64,000 nucleotides of DNA from an uncultured Candidatus Saccharibacteria bacterium (lineage in GTDB: Bacteria; Patescibacteriota; Doudnabacteria; UBA920): NCBI GenBank assembly GCA_964617815.1, contig CAZTXY010000003.1, positions 473-64,472 on the forward strand. Reading direction: 5' to 3'. Below the pieces are notes generated by a model. The model was not told the origin of the DNA, searched no databases, and saw only the letters and a list, made by a program, of their open reading frames with translations. Both the position numbers and the translations under genes were made by a program. Numbering within the stretch: the stretch's first letter is position 1; every line of letters begins with the position of its first letter. This document shows, piece by piece, positions 30,525 through 40,310 of this stretch.

Positions 30525-31181
30525 ATGGCAAACATTGTCACAGGCGAACAGTACTACGAGCTGGATGGTCAGCTGGGCGAGATCAAACGTCAGTTGCGTC
30601 AATTGAGTGGCTATCCTTTCAGTGTGGACGGTCTTCGGGTGGCTCTTCAAGACGTGATTGAGGGTCATTTCGTCAGTAAATTGTGGCGCGAGGAAGATGG
30701 CGTCATCTACTTTTCTGTTACTTCCGACGGAACAACCGGCGAGGGCTGGATCAGGCGTCTAGAAAACAATGGTTTTCTTGTTGGAGGGCATGCCAAGCAG
30801 TCGCTTTGTTCGCCTAAATTCAAGCCGACCAACGGGGTAACGACTGAAGTTGGGGTTATCTGTGGCTCGATCTTCGAGGACGACGACCGCATCGCGAGAA
30901 CGATCCGTGGAGAGGCAGCCAATCGCAAGTTCAGAAGGCCCAAGGCCGAACTGTCCTGCCTTATCCGTGAAAAGTTTACGGATGAGGAGATTGAAGCAAT
31001 GGGTTTGTCGTACATCAATGTTATGCACGAACCTATCAAAAACTTGGAGGGTATTCTGACCTTGCTTCAAGTGAGCTGCCAGGGTAATGGCGAGCTCATG
31101 GCGGGTAGTGGTAGTCCTGACTTTAAGTGGATTCGTGGCGGCGGGTTCGCATTCGCCGTGTCGGAAGCAGTCACTTTCTGA
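30525..31181 (+). CDS. Hypothetical protein (SD-led unit) inserted in the glycosylation locus
   Basis: GGAGGAG RBS; GC-richer codons; long terminator at 31203-31255. Confidence 0.65.
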   Translation: MANIVTGEQYYELDGQLGEIKRQLRQLSGYPFSVDGLRVALQDVIEGHFVSKLWREEDGVIYFSVTSDGTTGEGWIRRLENNGFLVGGHAKQSLCSPKFKPTNGVTTEVGVICGSIFEDDDRIARTIRGEAANRKFRRPKAELSCLIREKFTDEEIEAMGLSYINVMHEPIKNLEGILTLLQVSCQGNGELMAGSGSPDFKWIRGGGFAFAVSEAVTF

Positions 31182-31324
31182 TAGGAGAACATAGGACTTT
31201 TTGACCCTCTGAAACTTTGCTTTGCCTCTAGGCAGATGCAAAGTTTCAGAGGGTCTGCATTTTTATTAGCGACATTTTCAATCACTTTTTCTTTTTGTTG
31301 GCGCGGGGTACAATAACTCTATAT

Positions 31325-32563
31325 ATGCTTAATAATATCAAAACATTTTTACAGCCGAATCGGAAATTTATTGGCAATAGTTTTATTGCGCTTATTGGTA
31401 CAGGACTAATAGGTTTCTTTAATTTTGCTTTTCATTTTTACACTGCGCGGCAATTTTCTTTGTCAGAATATGGCGAGTTGCAATCACTCCTTGCTTTGCT
31501 AACAATTTTTTTAGTTTTCGCCACGACAATTAATTATGTCGTGATTAAAGAGTCCTCCAGCAAGACTTTTGCTGCTCAACTACTTCGTAAAAAAACTTAC
31601 CTCTGGTCATTTGGATTAGCGTTTGCCTTAGCAATTAGTTCACCATTGATTGCAACATATTTGCAGCTTCAAAGCCCAGTTGGTGTGCTGTGGGTGGCCG
31701 TGGCAGTTTTGTTTTCCACAGTCACAGGTTTTTACAGTGGCCTTTTGCAATCCGCGCGACGTTTCAGTTCTTTTTATGGAGTACAAATTGTCTCAGTTGT
31801 TTTAAAGTTGGTCGGTGCAGCGCTTGTAGTCTGGCTGGCCTTAGATAAATCTTGGACTTTGGCCGGGGTTGCTGTTGCCGGCGGTGCTGGATATTTATTT
31901 GCTGTAATATTTTCGAGGCTTAGTCGGCGCGATGAATCACAAGTAATTTCAAGTTTAGAATTACCAAATACACAACAAGTCATCCTACCAATTTTTTTAT
32001 TTGCTGCGCTTTTGGCGTTACTTTCTAATATAGACGTTGTGATGTTCAAGCATATCGCGACCAGTGAACTAGCTGGCGCTTACAGCGCCTTAAAAGTTAT
32101 TGCTTCAACTGTTTTGGTAATTAATACAGCCATCATCTCTGTGGTTATTCCGTATGCAGTTAGCTCCAGCCAAGAGCAGGGAAGAGTCCATTATTCCCTA
32201 GTTACTATGGCTTATGGCTTAATTGGTTTAATTTCGCTTTTGTTTGTTGCTGGTTTTGCAGTTTTTGCTGAGCCAATTATAGCCTTGCTTTTAGGTGAAA
32301 AATATGTTTTAATTAGCGGCTGGCTATGGTTGTTTGGTTTGATGTCAGCTGCTCTGTCGCTTCTGATGCTGGAAGCTAATTTGGCCTACGCGCGCCACCG
32401 TTTTGTGGTCAATTATATATTGGCAGGTGTGGCAATTACAGTGTTAGTTGGGGCCTACTTTATAGAGACAACTATCCCGGCTTTTGCTTCGCTTGTCTTA
32501 CTGGCAAGTTTTACTGGGTTTGTGTGCTTATGTTTTGACTCTTATGTTATAAGTAAAAAATAA
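31325..32563 (+). CDS. Oligosaccharide flippase (Wzx/MOP family)
   Basis: About 12 TMs, EYG motif, IDVVMFK..AGAY. Confidence 0.8.
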   Translation: MLNNIKTFLQPNRKFIGNSFIALIGTGLIGFFNFAFHFYTARQFSLSEYGELQSLLALLTIFLVFATTINYVVIKESSSKTFAAQLLRKKTYLWSFGLAFALAISSPLIATYLQLQSPVGVLWVAVAVLFSTVTGFYSGLLQSARRFSSFYGVQIVSVVLKLVGAALVVWLALDKSWTLAGVAVAGGAGYLFAVIFSRLSRRDESQVISSLELPNTQQVILPIFLFAALLALLSNIDVVMFKHIATSELAGAYSALKVIASTVLVINTAIISVVIPYAVSSSQEQGRVHYSLVTMAYGLIGLISLLFVAGFAVFAEPIIALLLGEKYVLISGWLWLFGLMSAALSLLMLEANLAYARHRFVVNYILAGVAITVLVGAYFIETTIPAFASLVLLASFTGFVCLCFDSYVISKK

Positions 32564-32569
32564 ATTTCA

Positions 32570-33508
32570 ATGGCGCGACTGGTTACTATTGTTATTCCAT
32601 TTTACAACGAGCAGGATAATTTGCCTGTATTGTTAACCGAGGTCTCAAAAACCATGAATACGCTTGCAGAAATTGACTGGCAAGTCTTGTTAGTAAATGA
32701 CGGTAGCACTGACAATAGCAGTAACGTCATCGTAGAGTTACAAAACCAGTATTCAAATTTGCAGTACTTGGAATTTTCACGGAATTTTGGCAAAGAAGCT
32801 GCGCTGTCTGCTGGCCTTCACGGGGCTTCTGGAGATGCAGTAATTATGATGGATGCGGACATGCAACACCCTCCAAGCTTTTTGCCAGAATTAATTAAGG
32901 CTTGGCAAGCTGGTAGTGAAGTGGTTGTGGGAGTGCGAAAGCAAAGCTCAAGTAATAATCTTTTTAAAAAAACTGGTGCGAAATTCTTTTATTGGTTGAT
33001 GAATCAGATAAGCAGTGTAGCCATGGTCCCACACGCTACAGACTTTCGCTTGTTAACTAGAGAAGTTGTTGAGGCTTTTTCTCAACTTTCAGAAAAACAG
33101 CGCTTGACTCGTGGATTGATTGATTGGCTTGGTTATAAAACTTTATACGTGACATTCGATGCACCAGCTCGAAACTACGGGCAGTCACATTATGGTTTTT
33201 TTAGTCTTGTGGGATTAGCATTGCGCGCAATTGTTAGTCAAAGCTTATTTCCACTTCGGATAGCTGGTTATTTAGGAGCAAGCATTACAATTTTATCTGG
33301 AGTTTTTGGTATTTTTATATTTGTTGAAAAATATATTTTGCATGATCCATGGAATTTAAATTTTTCTGGGCCGGCAATTTTAGCTGTTATAAATCTATTT
33401 TTGATTGGGATTGTTTTGTCTGCTTTAGGCTTAATTGCGTTGTACATTGCTTCAATTCATGGCGAGGTAATTGGCCGCCCACTGTATGTGATTCGTAAGC
33501 AGAAGTGA
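32570..33508 (+). CDS. GT2 polyprenol-phosphate glycosyltransferase (GtrB/DPM synthase-like)
   Basis: IPFYNE, NDGSTD, FSRNFGKEAA, MDADMQHPP, two C-terminal TMs. Confidence 0.9.
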   Translation: MARLVTIVIPFYNEQDNLPVLLTEVSKTMNTLAEIDWQVLLVNDGSTDNSSNVIVELQNQYSNLQYLEFSRNFGKEAALSAGLHGASGDAVIMMDADMQHPPSFLPELIKAWQAGSEVVVGVRKQSSSNNLFKKTGAKFFYWLMNQISSVAMVPHATDFRLLTREVVEAFSQLSEKQRLTRGLIDWLGYKTLYVTFDAPARNYGQSHYGFFSLVGLALRAIVSQSLFPLRIAGYLGASITILSGVFGIFIFVEKYILHDPWNLNFSGPAILAVINLFLIGIVLSALGLIALYIASIHGEVIGRPLYVIRKQK

Positions 33509-33532
33509 CGCCGAGTATTAAAATAGACTCTA

Positions 33533-36500
33533 ATGTCCGAAAAACCTTTAATTTCAGTGATAATGCCAGCACACAATGCTGGCTCATACATTGCAAGCGC
33601 CATCGACAGCATTTTAGCGCAGTCGTTGGCTGATTTTGAATTAATAATCATTGACGATGGTAGTTCGGATACTACTGGCCGAATAGCGGTGGATTACGCG
33701 AGTCGTGATTCGCGCATAAAAATTATTGTAAATCAAAATAATCGTGGTGTTGCAAATAGTCGTAACAGGGGGATACAGCAAGCATTAGGGCAGTATATTG
33801 CTTGGCAAGATGCAGATGACATTGCTATGCCAAATCGACTTAAACTACAGTTTGACTTTTTAGAGACGCATCCAGAAGTGGGAATGGTGGGCGGGAGTTT
33901 GGAATTTTTTGATCAAAATGGAACTAAAAGTCTCCGAGAATATGAGACAGAGGATGCTAAACTTCGGGCTAAACTTTTTCGTTATCAAGCAGTTAGCCAG
34001 CCCGCGGGCATGGTGCGCAAAGTTTGTTTTGCCACAGCTGGGTTATTTGATGAAAGTTTAGAAACAGCTGAAGATTTAGATATGACTTTTCGCATTGCCA
34101 GAACATGGAAGCTGGCAAATATTCCTGAGGTGGTGATTAAATATCGGATGAACACGGATTCCCTGACTTATAAACGATTAAAAAATTTAGAGCAGAACAC
34201 TTTTCGTATTCGAGCAAAATATAAGGGTGAAAGCGCTTTTAATTATAGTGTCGGCGATCTCTTTTATAATATTTTGCAAAAACTGTCGTTGCATTTAATG
34301 CCACCTGCATTTCGCATTTGGTTATTTAGTAAGCTGCGCAACAAAAAAGCTCAGTCTCAAAAAATAATTTTTGCATGTCATAGTTATTACCTAGACAGTG
34401 GAGCAATTATTGATTCGCATCGAAACTTAACTTTTACTTTTTTGGACCGCTACTATCCGAATGGCTATGCGGTCTTGCGGCATAGTCTATACACGGGCGG
34501 AGAATCACGCATTTATAAGCAGGGGATTGACGGGCCATTTTGGAAAATTCCAGTGATTGGTAAGCTTCCAAGCTTTTTGCGTTACTTTGCTGAAATAAAA
34601 ATTAATTTGTTGTATTTGTTAGTTCAGTTAGTGCGTCACAACATTACTTTTATTGCCATAGATCCTCTGTCTGCTTGTGGGGGAGTGATTTTAAAACGCC
34701 TTGGTTTTTCGGTAAATGTTATTTTTATTACTCCAGATTTTGCGCGGAAGCGTTTTGAAAATAAAATCTTGAATCAACTTTATTTTAAGCTTGATAAATT
34801 TGCCACGGTTTACTCAGATATAAATTATTGCTCTGCGCAGACTGTAATTGATTATAAAAAAGAGTTGTATGGAGAAGTTTTGTCAGACAAACTAGTCCAC
34901 ATGCCAAACAGTCCTGCACCGTGGTTAGTTGAACCGTTGCGCGGAAGTGCAAAAACGCCATATCGCTGTGTCTATGTTGGCGATATTGGTCAACAGCTAG
35001 ATTTTAAAATGATTTTTTCTACTTTGGAAAAACTCAAAGCAGAATTCCCAGAGATCCATTTGCAAGTGATTGGAGATGGCGAGAAAAGGGAGGAGCTTGA
35101 GGCATGGGTCAAAGAGCAAGGCTACACTACCATCAAATTTCTTGGCCATGTGACATATGAAAAGGCGCTCTATCAAATTGCTACAGCAGAGGTTGGACTA
35201 GCGCTTTATAATGGGCAGCTTAATTTTGATGAGTTCCGAGACTCAATTAAAGTTCGCGAGTATCAATCTCTCGGAACAATTCCAATTGCTTCGAGTAGCG
35301 CAGTAGCCAGTGCAAATGAAATCGTTTCGTATGGCAGTGGCGTGGTTATTAAAAATACAGCAGAAGATTTATTTTTGAGTTTGCAAAATATTTTTTGTGA
35401 CCGACAAAAATCTGCAGAAATGATGCGTGCCTGTTTGAGAAATTATAGTGTTTACCGAAATATTTTTGATCAGTTATACCAGAGAACTCAAGTTTTGCAA
35501 AAAACTTCAGTATCTCAAACTGCAAAACCGGCCCGAGGGCTGTGGATTTGGGCGGTGGTGGGTTTAAATTTGCTGGCGGTTGGCTTTTTATTCATAACTC
35601 AACTGCAAGTTATGCGAGGCCATAATTTAATTGGCTTAATAGACCAAGGTTTTATGGAACTTAATCCGACTTTTCAGTTAGCTCGTAATTTATTTGTTTG
35701 GGATTCGACACGTGGGCTTGGTGAGTCACAATTTTTGTTTGTGCCTTCTGGTTTAGCGGAAGCTTTTTATGTTTATTTACTGTCTTGGGTGTCACCGAGC
35801 TTTTCGGTTTTAAGTTTTTTAAAGATATTTCTGCTCCAGTTGGCTTATTATGCGGGTGGCTTCATCACACTCGCTACATTTGTAAAATATGTGCTTAAAA
35901 AGTCGCTTACGGCTCAGATGCTCTCTGTCGTGTCCTTATTTAGCTTGCTTGGTATTTTAAATTTGCATTTTTTCCAAAGCTCAAGCGCTTTTTTGTTTAA
36001 TCAGCGTTACGATTTGTTCATTTTTAGTTTACTATTTTATAGTGTTAACAAAATTGGTTATGAGAAAAAAGGCTATGGGTTGTTTGTTTTGTCCTCACTG
36101 CTCTCGATTGGTTGCTGGACTTACATTGGTTTTTGGTTACCGTTTGTGTTGTTTTTGATTGCTTATGCTTTTTTAGTGCTTCGAAAATATAAAACATTGA
36201 TAGCTCTAGCTGTGCTTCATTTTTTACTGATTTTACCCGCAATAGTTTCCTTAGCTTTATTTTATAGTCAGGTTAATCCTGTGGCTAATACAGCCATTAG
36301 CTATAAGGACGTGATTTTTGACTATGCCAATCGAAATTCGACACTTAACCATATTACTGCCTTAATTGGCGGGGTAAATTGGGATTTGGCTTGGGGTTGG
36401 TTGCCAGGTGCTTTGGCTTATCCCTATGTTGCGCTGTTTGGACAGTGGCACGCGGGGCTGTTAGCTATGGGAATTTTTGCTGTATTTTTAATCGGGCAGA

Positions 36501-37810
36501 TGTTTGTAAAGAATGTTCCAAAGTCTGTTGTGTTGTGGTTAAATGGGACAGTTATTGTTTCTATATTTTTAATTGCCAGTTACAATAAACCTTTTGGCAA
36601 ACTTTTTGTGTGGTTGCTGAATAACTTTCCATTATTCATAGTTTTTCGTGAGTCACATAATAAAGTTTACCCAGTATTAATTTTAGCTTTGTTATTGGCT
36701 GGGCTGGCTGGGTTTATTGCGTCATCAGGGAAAGTTAAAAAAGCCCTAGCTGGTTTTTTAATAGTCTACTGCGGTGTCTTTTTATATGCAGGACTGCACT
36801 ACGGAATTTTGAGTCAACAAGGCGCATTTACTTTTCCAAACCAAACTTATCAAGCCCTCACTTCAACTATTCCGGAAGGCTCTCGTGTGCTTTGGCTTCC
36901 AGAATATTCATATGCCAAACGCTATAGTTATGGTTATGCTGGAAATACTATTACAAGATATGCTTTGCCATTTCGGCAGTTTGATATTTCCTATTTATTG
37001 GAGCGCGGGTTTCATAATCCGCTGACTCGCTCTATTCTCGACAACTTCAATTATGAGATTTATCCAAAAGGTCTGTATAATTTTGGCCTGCAACAGCCAT
37101 CTTTTGATGGTAATTTACTGAACCAAGGCAATATTCAGTACGTCATTTTTGATAAACAACTTATTGGGGACACTACCATTGTGCCTTTTGTGCAAAGTTC
37201 TTTATATCTTGGAAGCCTGAGAGCTGTAGAAAATTTAGAGGTAGTGTTAGAGGATGAGAATTTTGTGGTTTTTAAAAATAAAATTTCACAACCAGTTTTG
37301 CTCGCAAAAAATAGTCAGGTCAAGCAAAAGAGTCCGGTAGAATATCAAGTTTTAATTAAAGGACTAAAGGAGCCTACTGACCTAAGCTTACTTCAGGGTT
37401 ATGATGCTGGCTGGGCAACTGCATTTATGCCAGTAAATGCGGATTTTGATTGTCCGATTTTTGAAGAGCTTACTGCTTTACAGACAAAAGTTTGTGAAAA
37501 TAAAGATTTTTCTACATCTTTGTTTTCTACGATACGCTATAATTTTAGCGATGATTTGTTAATCAGTAGTCACAGCACATTTGAGGGATATGCGAACCGT
37601 TGGCGTCTTGACCCTGAAGTTTTAAAAACGCAGCTGCCAGAAAGTTCGTGGCAAGCCAATCCAGATGGAGGAATAGACGTTCTGTTGGTTGTTTACTATA
37701 AACCCCAAGCGCACTATTATGCCAGCTGGTTAGTCGCAATTTTAACGGCTTTAGGAATTTTTAGCTGGCTAGTTTATAGAAAATTTAGGCATAGAATTAA
37801 TAATTTATAA
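33533..37810 (+). CDS. 1425-aa fusion: GT2 + GT4-like + polytopic membrane (GT-C-like) domain
   Basis: IDDGSSD/QDADD at the N-terminus; YVG..IGDG..FLGHV..SIKVREY in the middle; more than 10 TMs at the C-terminus. Confidence 0.8.
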   Translation: MSEKPLISVIMPAHNAGSYIASAIDSILAQSLADFELIIIDDGSSDTTGRIAVDYASRDSRIKIIVNQNNRGVANSRNRGIQQALGQYIAWQDADDIAMPNRLKLQFDFLETHPEVGMVGGSLEFFDQNGTKSLREYETEDAKLRAKLFRYQAVSQPAGMVRKVCFATAGLFDESLETAEDLDMTFRIARTWKLANIPEVVIKYRMNTDSLTYKRLKNLEQNTFRIRAKYKGESAFNYSVGDLFYNILQKLSLHLMPPAFRIWLFSKLRNKKAQSQKIIFACHSYYLDSGAIIDSHRNLTFTFLDRYYPNGYAVLRHSLYTGGESRIYKQGIDGPFWKIPVIGKLPSFLRYFAEIKINLLYLLVQLVRHNITFIAIDPLSACGGVILKRLGFSVNVIFITPDFARKRFENKILNQLYFKLDKFATVYSDINYCSAQTVIDYKKELYGEVLSDKLVHMPNSPAPWLVEPLRGSAKTPYRCVYVGDIGQQLDFKMIFSTLEKLKAEFPEIHLQVIGDGEKREELEAWVKEQGYTTIKFLGHVTYEKALYQIATAEVGLALYNGQLNFDEFRDSIKVREYQSLGTIPIASSSAVASANEIVSYGSGVVIKNTAEDLFLSLQNIFCDRQKSAEMMRACLRNYSVYRNIFDQLYQRTQVLQKTSVSQTAKPARGLWIWAVVGLNLLAVGFLFITQLQVMRGHNLIGLIDQGFMELNPTFQLARNLFVWDSTRGLGESQFLFVPSGLAEAFYVYLLSWVSPSFSVLSFLKIFLLQLAYYAGGFITLATFVKYVLKKSLTAQMLSVVSLFSLLGILNLHFFQSSSAFLFNQRYDLFIFSLLFYSVNKIGYEKKGYGLFVLSSLLSIGCWTYIGFWLPFVLFLIAYAFLVLRKYKTLIALAVLHFLLILPAIVSLALFYSQVNPVANTAISYKDVIFDYANRNSTLNHITALIGGVNWDLAWGWLPGALAYPYVALFGQWHAGLLAMGIFAVFLIGQMFVKNVPKSVVLWLNGTVIVSIFLIASYNKPFGKLFVWLLNNFPLFIVFRESHNKVYPVLILALLLAGLAGFIASSGKVKKALAGFLIVYCGVFLYAGLHYGILSQQGAFTFPNQTYQALTSTIPEGSRVLWLPEYSYAKRYSYGYAGNTITRYALPFRQFDISYLLERGFHNPLTRSILDNFNYEIYPKGLYNFGLQQPSFDGNLLNQGNIQYVIFDKQLIGDTTIVPFVQSSLYLGSLRAVENLEVVLEDENFVVFKNKISQPVLLAKNSQVKQKSPVEYQVLIKGLKEPTDLSLLQGYDAGWATAFMPVNADFDCPIFEELTALQTKVCENKDFSTSLFSTIRYNFSDDLLISSHSTFEGYANRWRLDPEVLKTQLPESSWQANPDGGIDVLLVVYYKPQAHYYASWLVAILTALGIFSWLVYRKFRHRINNL

Positions 37811-37812
37811 CC

Positions 37813-37875
37813 GTCATCCTGATCCGCCTCCGGCGGAGAAGGATCTCTGAGATGCTTCATTTCACTCAGCATGAC
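37813..37875. repeat. Palindromic miniature element
   Basis: GTCATCCTGA...TCAGCATGAC. Confidence 0.75.
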
Positions 37876-37892
37876 AGTGCTCGATAGATAAT

Positions 37893-39515
37893 ATGTTTAA
37901 GAGCTTATTCCAAAAATATAAATCAACAATACCTTATTGGGCAGTGGTTTTGGCCATTGTTTTGCCATGGTTTTTAGGGTCTGGGTATCTCTTTTTGACT
38001 GATTATGTCTGGGGTCCAGTGTTTCCGCTTCATTGGGGAGAGCCTGATTTTTTGTTTAATTTTACTTTCTCAATGTTTGGCTGGGTGATATCTTCGGCTT
38101 TTTTACAAAAATTGTGGCTGACAGCAGTTATCGCCTTATTACTTTTTGGCGGACGGTTTTTAGCCAAACAATTTTTAGACAAACCCCTCGTCATTTTTGG
38201 TGCTAGTTTGATATTTTTGTTTAACCCCTTTGTTTACGACAGGCTTCTTTATGGGCAAGTTTTTGTTGTGGCCAGCTTAGCCAGTTTGGTTTGGCTTACG
38301 GGTTACTCTGTGACTTGGTTAAAAACTTTATCGTATAAGTCTGCTAGTCAGATGGGTGTGTGGATTGCGCTTTGTGTTTTGTGGTCGCCACATTTTGTGT
38401 TTATAGTAGGATTATTTCTAGTAGCTTTATTTAGTGCGGTCATAGTAAGTCGTGGAGTTAGTAAAAAACTTTTCTACCAGATAGGTCTAATTATTTTTAT
38501 GACGTTGCTGTTAAACGCAAATTGGTTAGTAGCTACAACCCTTGGCCAGTCACGCGCCACTGAGTTTGCTCAAACTCAGATTGGCCGCCAAGATTTTGAA
38601 GCGTTCCGAACAGCTGGTAATAGCACAGGTCAGGTTATTAGAAATGTGCTCCAATTATCTGGATTTTGGGGGAAGGATCAGTACCGCTACGCTGATTTAG
38701 CTCAAAACAAGACCAATTGGGGAAGAAGCTTTATTTTATTAGCACCTTTGATCATTTTTGGTTTCCTTGGTTTGATTCGAACTAAGGAGACTCGAGTATT
38801 GGGATTGTTGTCTATGGTGGTAGTAGTTGTTGCGACGTTGTTGTCACTTGGGCTTGGTACGCCATTTTCAACTAAACTAACTTATTGGCTGTTTGAACAT
38901 ATTCCGTTTTATGGCGGTTTGCGTGATACTCAAAAATGGAGCGCGCTTCTCGTGGTTGTCTATGGACTATGGTTTGCCTTTGGACTGAAAGCTTGGCAAA
39001 AGCTTTCTGTGGTTAAGAATCAGTTTGTCGCTTTGCATATTATTCTGGCCATTTCAATTGTGCTTTGGGCTCCACTATTATTATGGGGTTTTTGGACGCA
39101 AGCAAAGCCTCACTCATACCCAGAGAGCTGGTACCAGGCAGATCGTCTTTTAGTGAGCAATGGCTGTAGCGGTCAGACTCTGTTTTTGCCTTGGCATTTG
39201 TACATGAGATTCTCGTTTACCGATAGTGTGGTGGCAAACCCAGCAAAGCGTTTTTTTAGATGTCCCACCCTTTGGGGCACCAATCAGGAATTTGGGGGGA
39301 TAGATGACAATAGTGGTGACCAAAAAAGCCAAGCAATTCGTGCTTGGTTGGCAGATCTTGGCCAAAAACCGCATATTTTAAAGGAATTAGACATTCAGAC
39401 TGTGGTTGTCGCCAAAGCCGGTGATTGGCCAAATTATTCCTGGGTCTCAAAGTTGCCGTATTTGATTAAGATGGAAGACAGCACTGAGCTGACTGTTTAT
39501 CAGGTTAAGCCATAA
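37893..39515 (+). CDS. Polytopic membrane protein (GT-C-like)
   Basis: Many TMs; NPFVYDRL..GQ, GLRDTQKW, YPESW, LFLPW motifs. Confidence 0.65.
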   Translation: MFKSLFQKYKSTIPYWAVVLAIVLPWFLGSGYLFLTDYVWGPVFPLHWGEPDFLFNFTFSMFGWVISSAFLQKLWLTAVIALLLFGGRFLAKQFLDKPLVIFGASLIFLFNPFVYDRLLYGQVFVVASLASLVWLTGYSVTWLKTLSYKSASQMGVWIALCVLWSPHFVFIVGLFLVALFSAVIVSRGVSKKLFYQIGLIIFMTLLLNANWLVATTLGQSRATEFAQTQIGRQDFEAFRTAGNSTGQVIRNVLQLSGFWGKDQYRYADLAQNKTNWGRSFILLAPLIIFGFLGLIRTKETRVLGLLSMVVVVVATLLSLGLGTPFSTKLTYWLFEHIPFYGGLRDTQKWSALLVVVYGLWFAFGLKAWQKLSVVKNQFVALHIILAISIVLWAPLLLWGFWTQAKPHSYPESWYQADRLLVSNGCSGQTLFLPWHLYMRFSFTDSVVANPAKRFFRCPTLWGTNQEFGGIDDNSGDQKSQAIRAWLADLGQKPHILKELDIQTVVVAKAGDWPNYSWVSKLPYLIKMEDSTELTVYQVKP

Positions 39516-39520
39516 GTTTT

Positions 39521-40159
39521 ATGAATAAGACAAAACTAAAAATTATAGCTAGATTGACCGCAGACTACATAGCCTCTTACTTCGGTTATATTTTTGTGGT
39601 CTATATTGTTTGTATTTTTTTAGCAACTACAGTTCCATCGACCCGCGCATTTTTTTACTGGCCAGCATTTCATGTAACAGTTTTTATTTTTGGAATCATT
39701 ACAATTACCAGTCCGCGTTTTATCGCTCTACTTGGTCGCCCGCAGTTTATATTAGAGTCGCTTCGCAACTGGTATTTTGGGTTCGGATCTCAGCCTAAAT
39801 TAAAATTATTTTTGTTAGTGCTAACTCCAGTGCTATTAATGATTTTTCAAGTTTCTATTTCAATGTTGTTGTTTGGTTTTGCCAGCGCATTTATTTTACT
39901 GCGAACTTCCAAAGTGGTTTATCCACTCGCGCTGTCGCTGGCATGTTTTCTAGTTGGGCGCTTGCTTAGCATCTCAGGGCAGGCTCGAGCAGGGAGTTGG
40001 TCTGAGTTTGGGTATTACTTTTTGATTCTTTCTGCGCTTGTTAACTTACGACCTTTTCAGTCTAATATGACCTTTTTTCAGGGGTTATTTAAACGTCTTG
40101 GCAAAGGGGAAAACGTGGGGAAAAAAACATTTGACAAAGTTCAAAGTCCTGAGATATAG
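39521..40159 (+). CDS. Membrane protein
   Basis: 5-6 hydrophobic segments. Confidence 0.6.
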   Translation: MNKTKLKIIARLTADYIASYFGYIFVVYIVCIFLATTVPSTRAFFYWPAFHVTVFIFGIITITSPRFIALLGRPQFILESLRNWYFGFGSQPKLKLFLLVLTPVLLMIFQVSISMLLFGFASAFILLRTSKVVYPLALSLACFLVGRLLSISGQARAGSWSEFGYYFLILSALVNLRPFQSNMTFFQGLFKRLGKGENVGKKTFDKVQSPEI

Positions 40160-40160
40160 T
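40131..40160 (+). promoter_or_regulatory. Promoter of the surface-protein locus
   Basis: TTGACA-18-TATAGT. Confidence 0.55.
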
Positions 40161-40310
40161 TAAGTACTCAGCAGACGCAGGGACGAAGAAAAAGTTTGAG
40201 GAAAAAATTAGGATCAAATAAATAAACAACACACAGCTCGCTTAGAAAATAGCGAGCGTCGTCGTAACCTCAGCGTCAAATTTAAGAAGTAAGAATGAAA
40301 TCAAATAATT

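Noticed and set aside
1866-31255. Integron cassette array
   Set aside because: No integrase or attC pattern; the units have their own promoters and mixed orientations.
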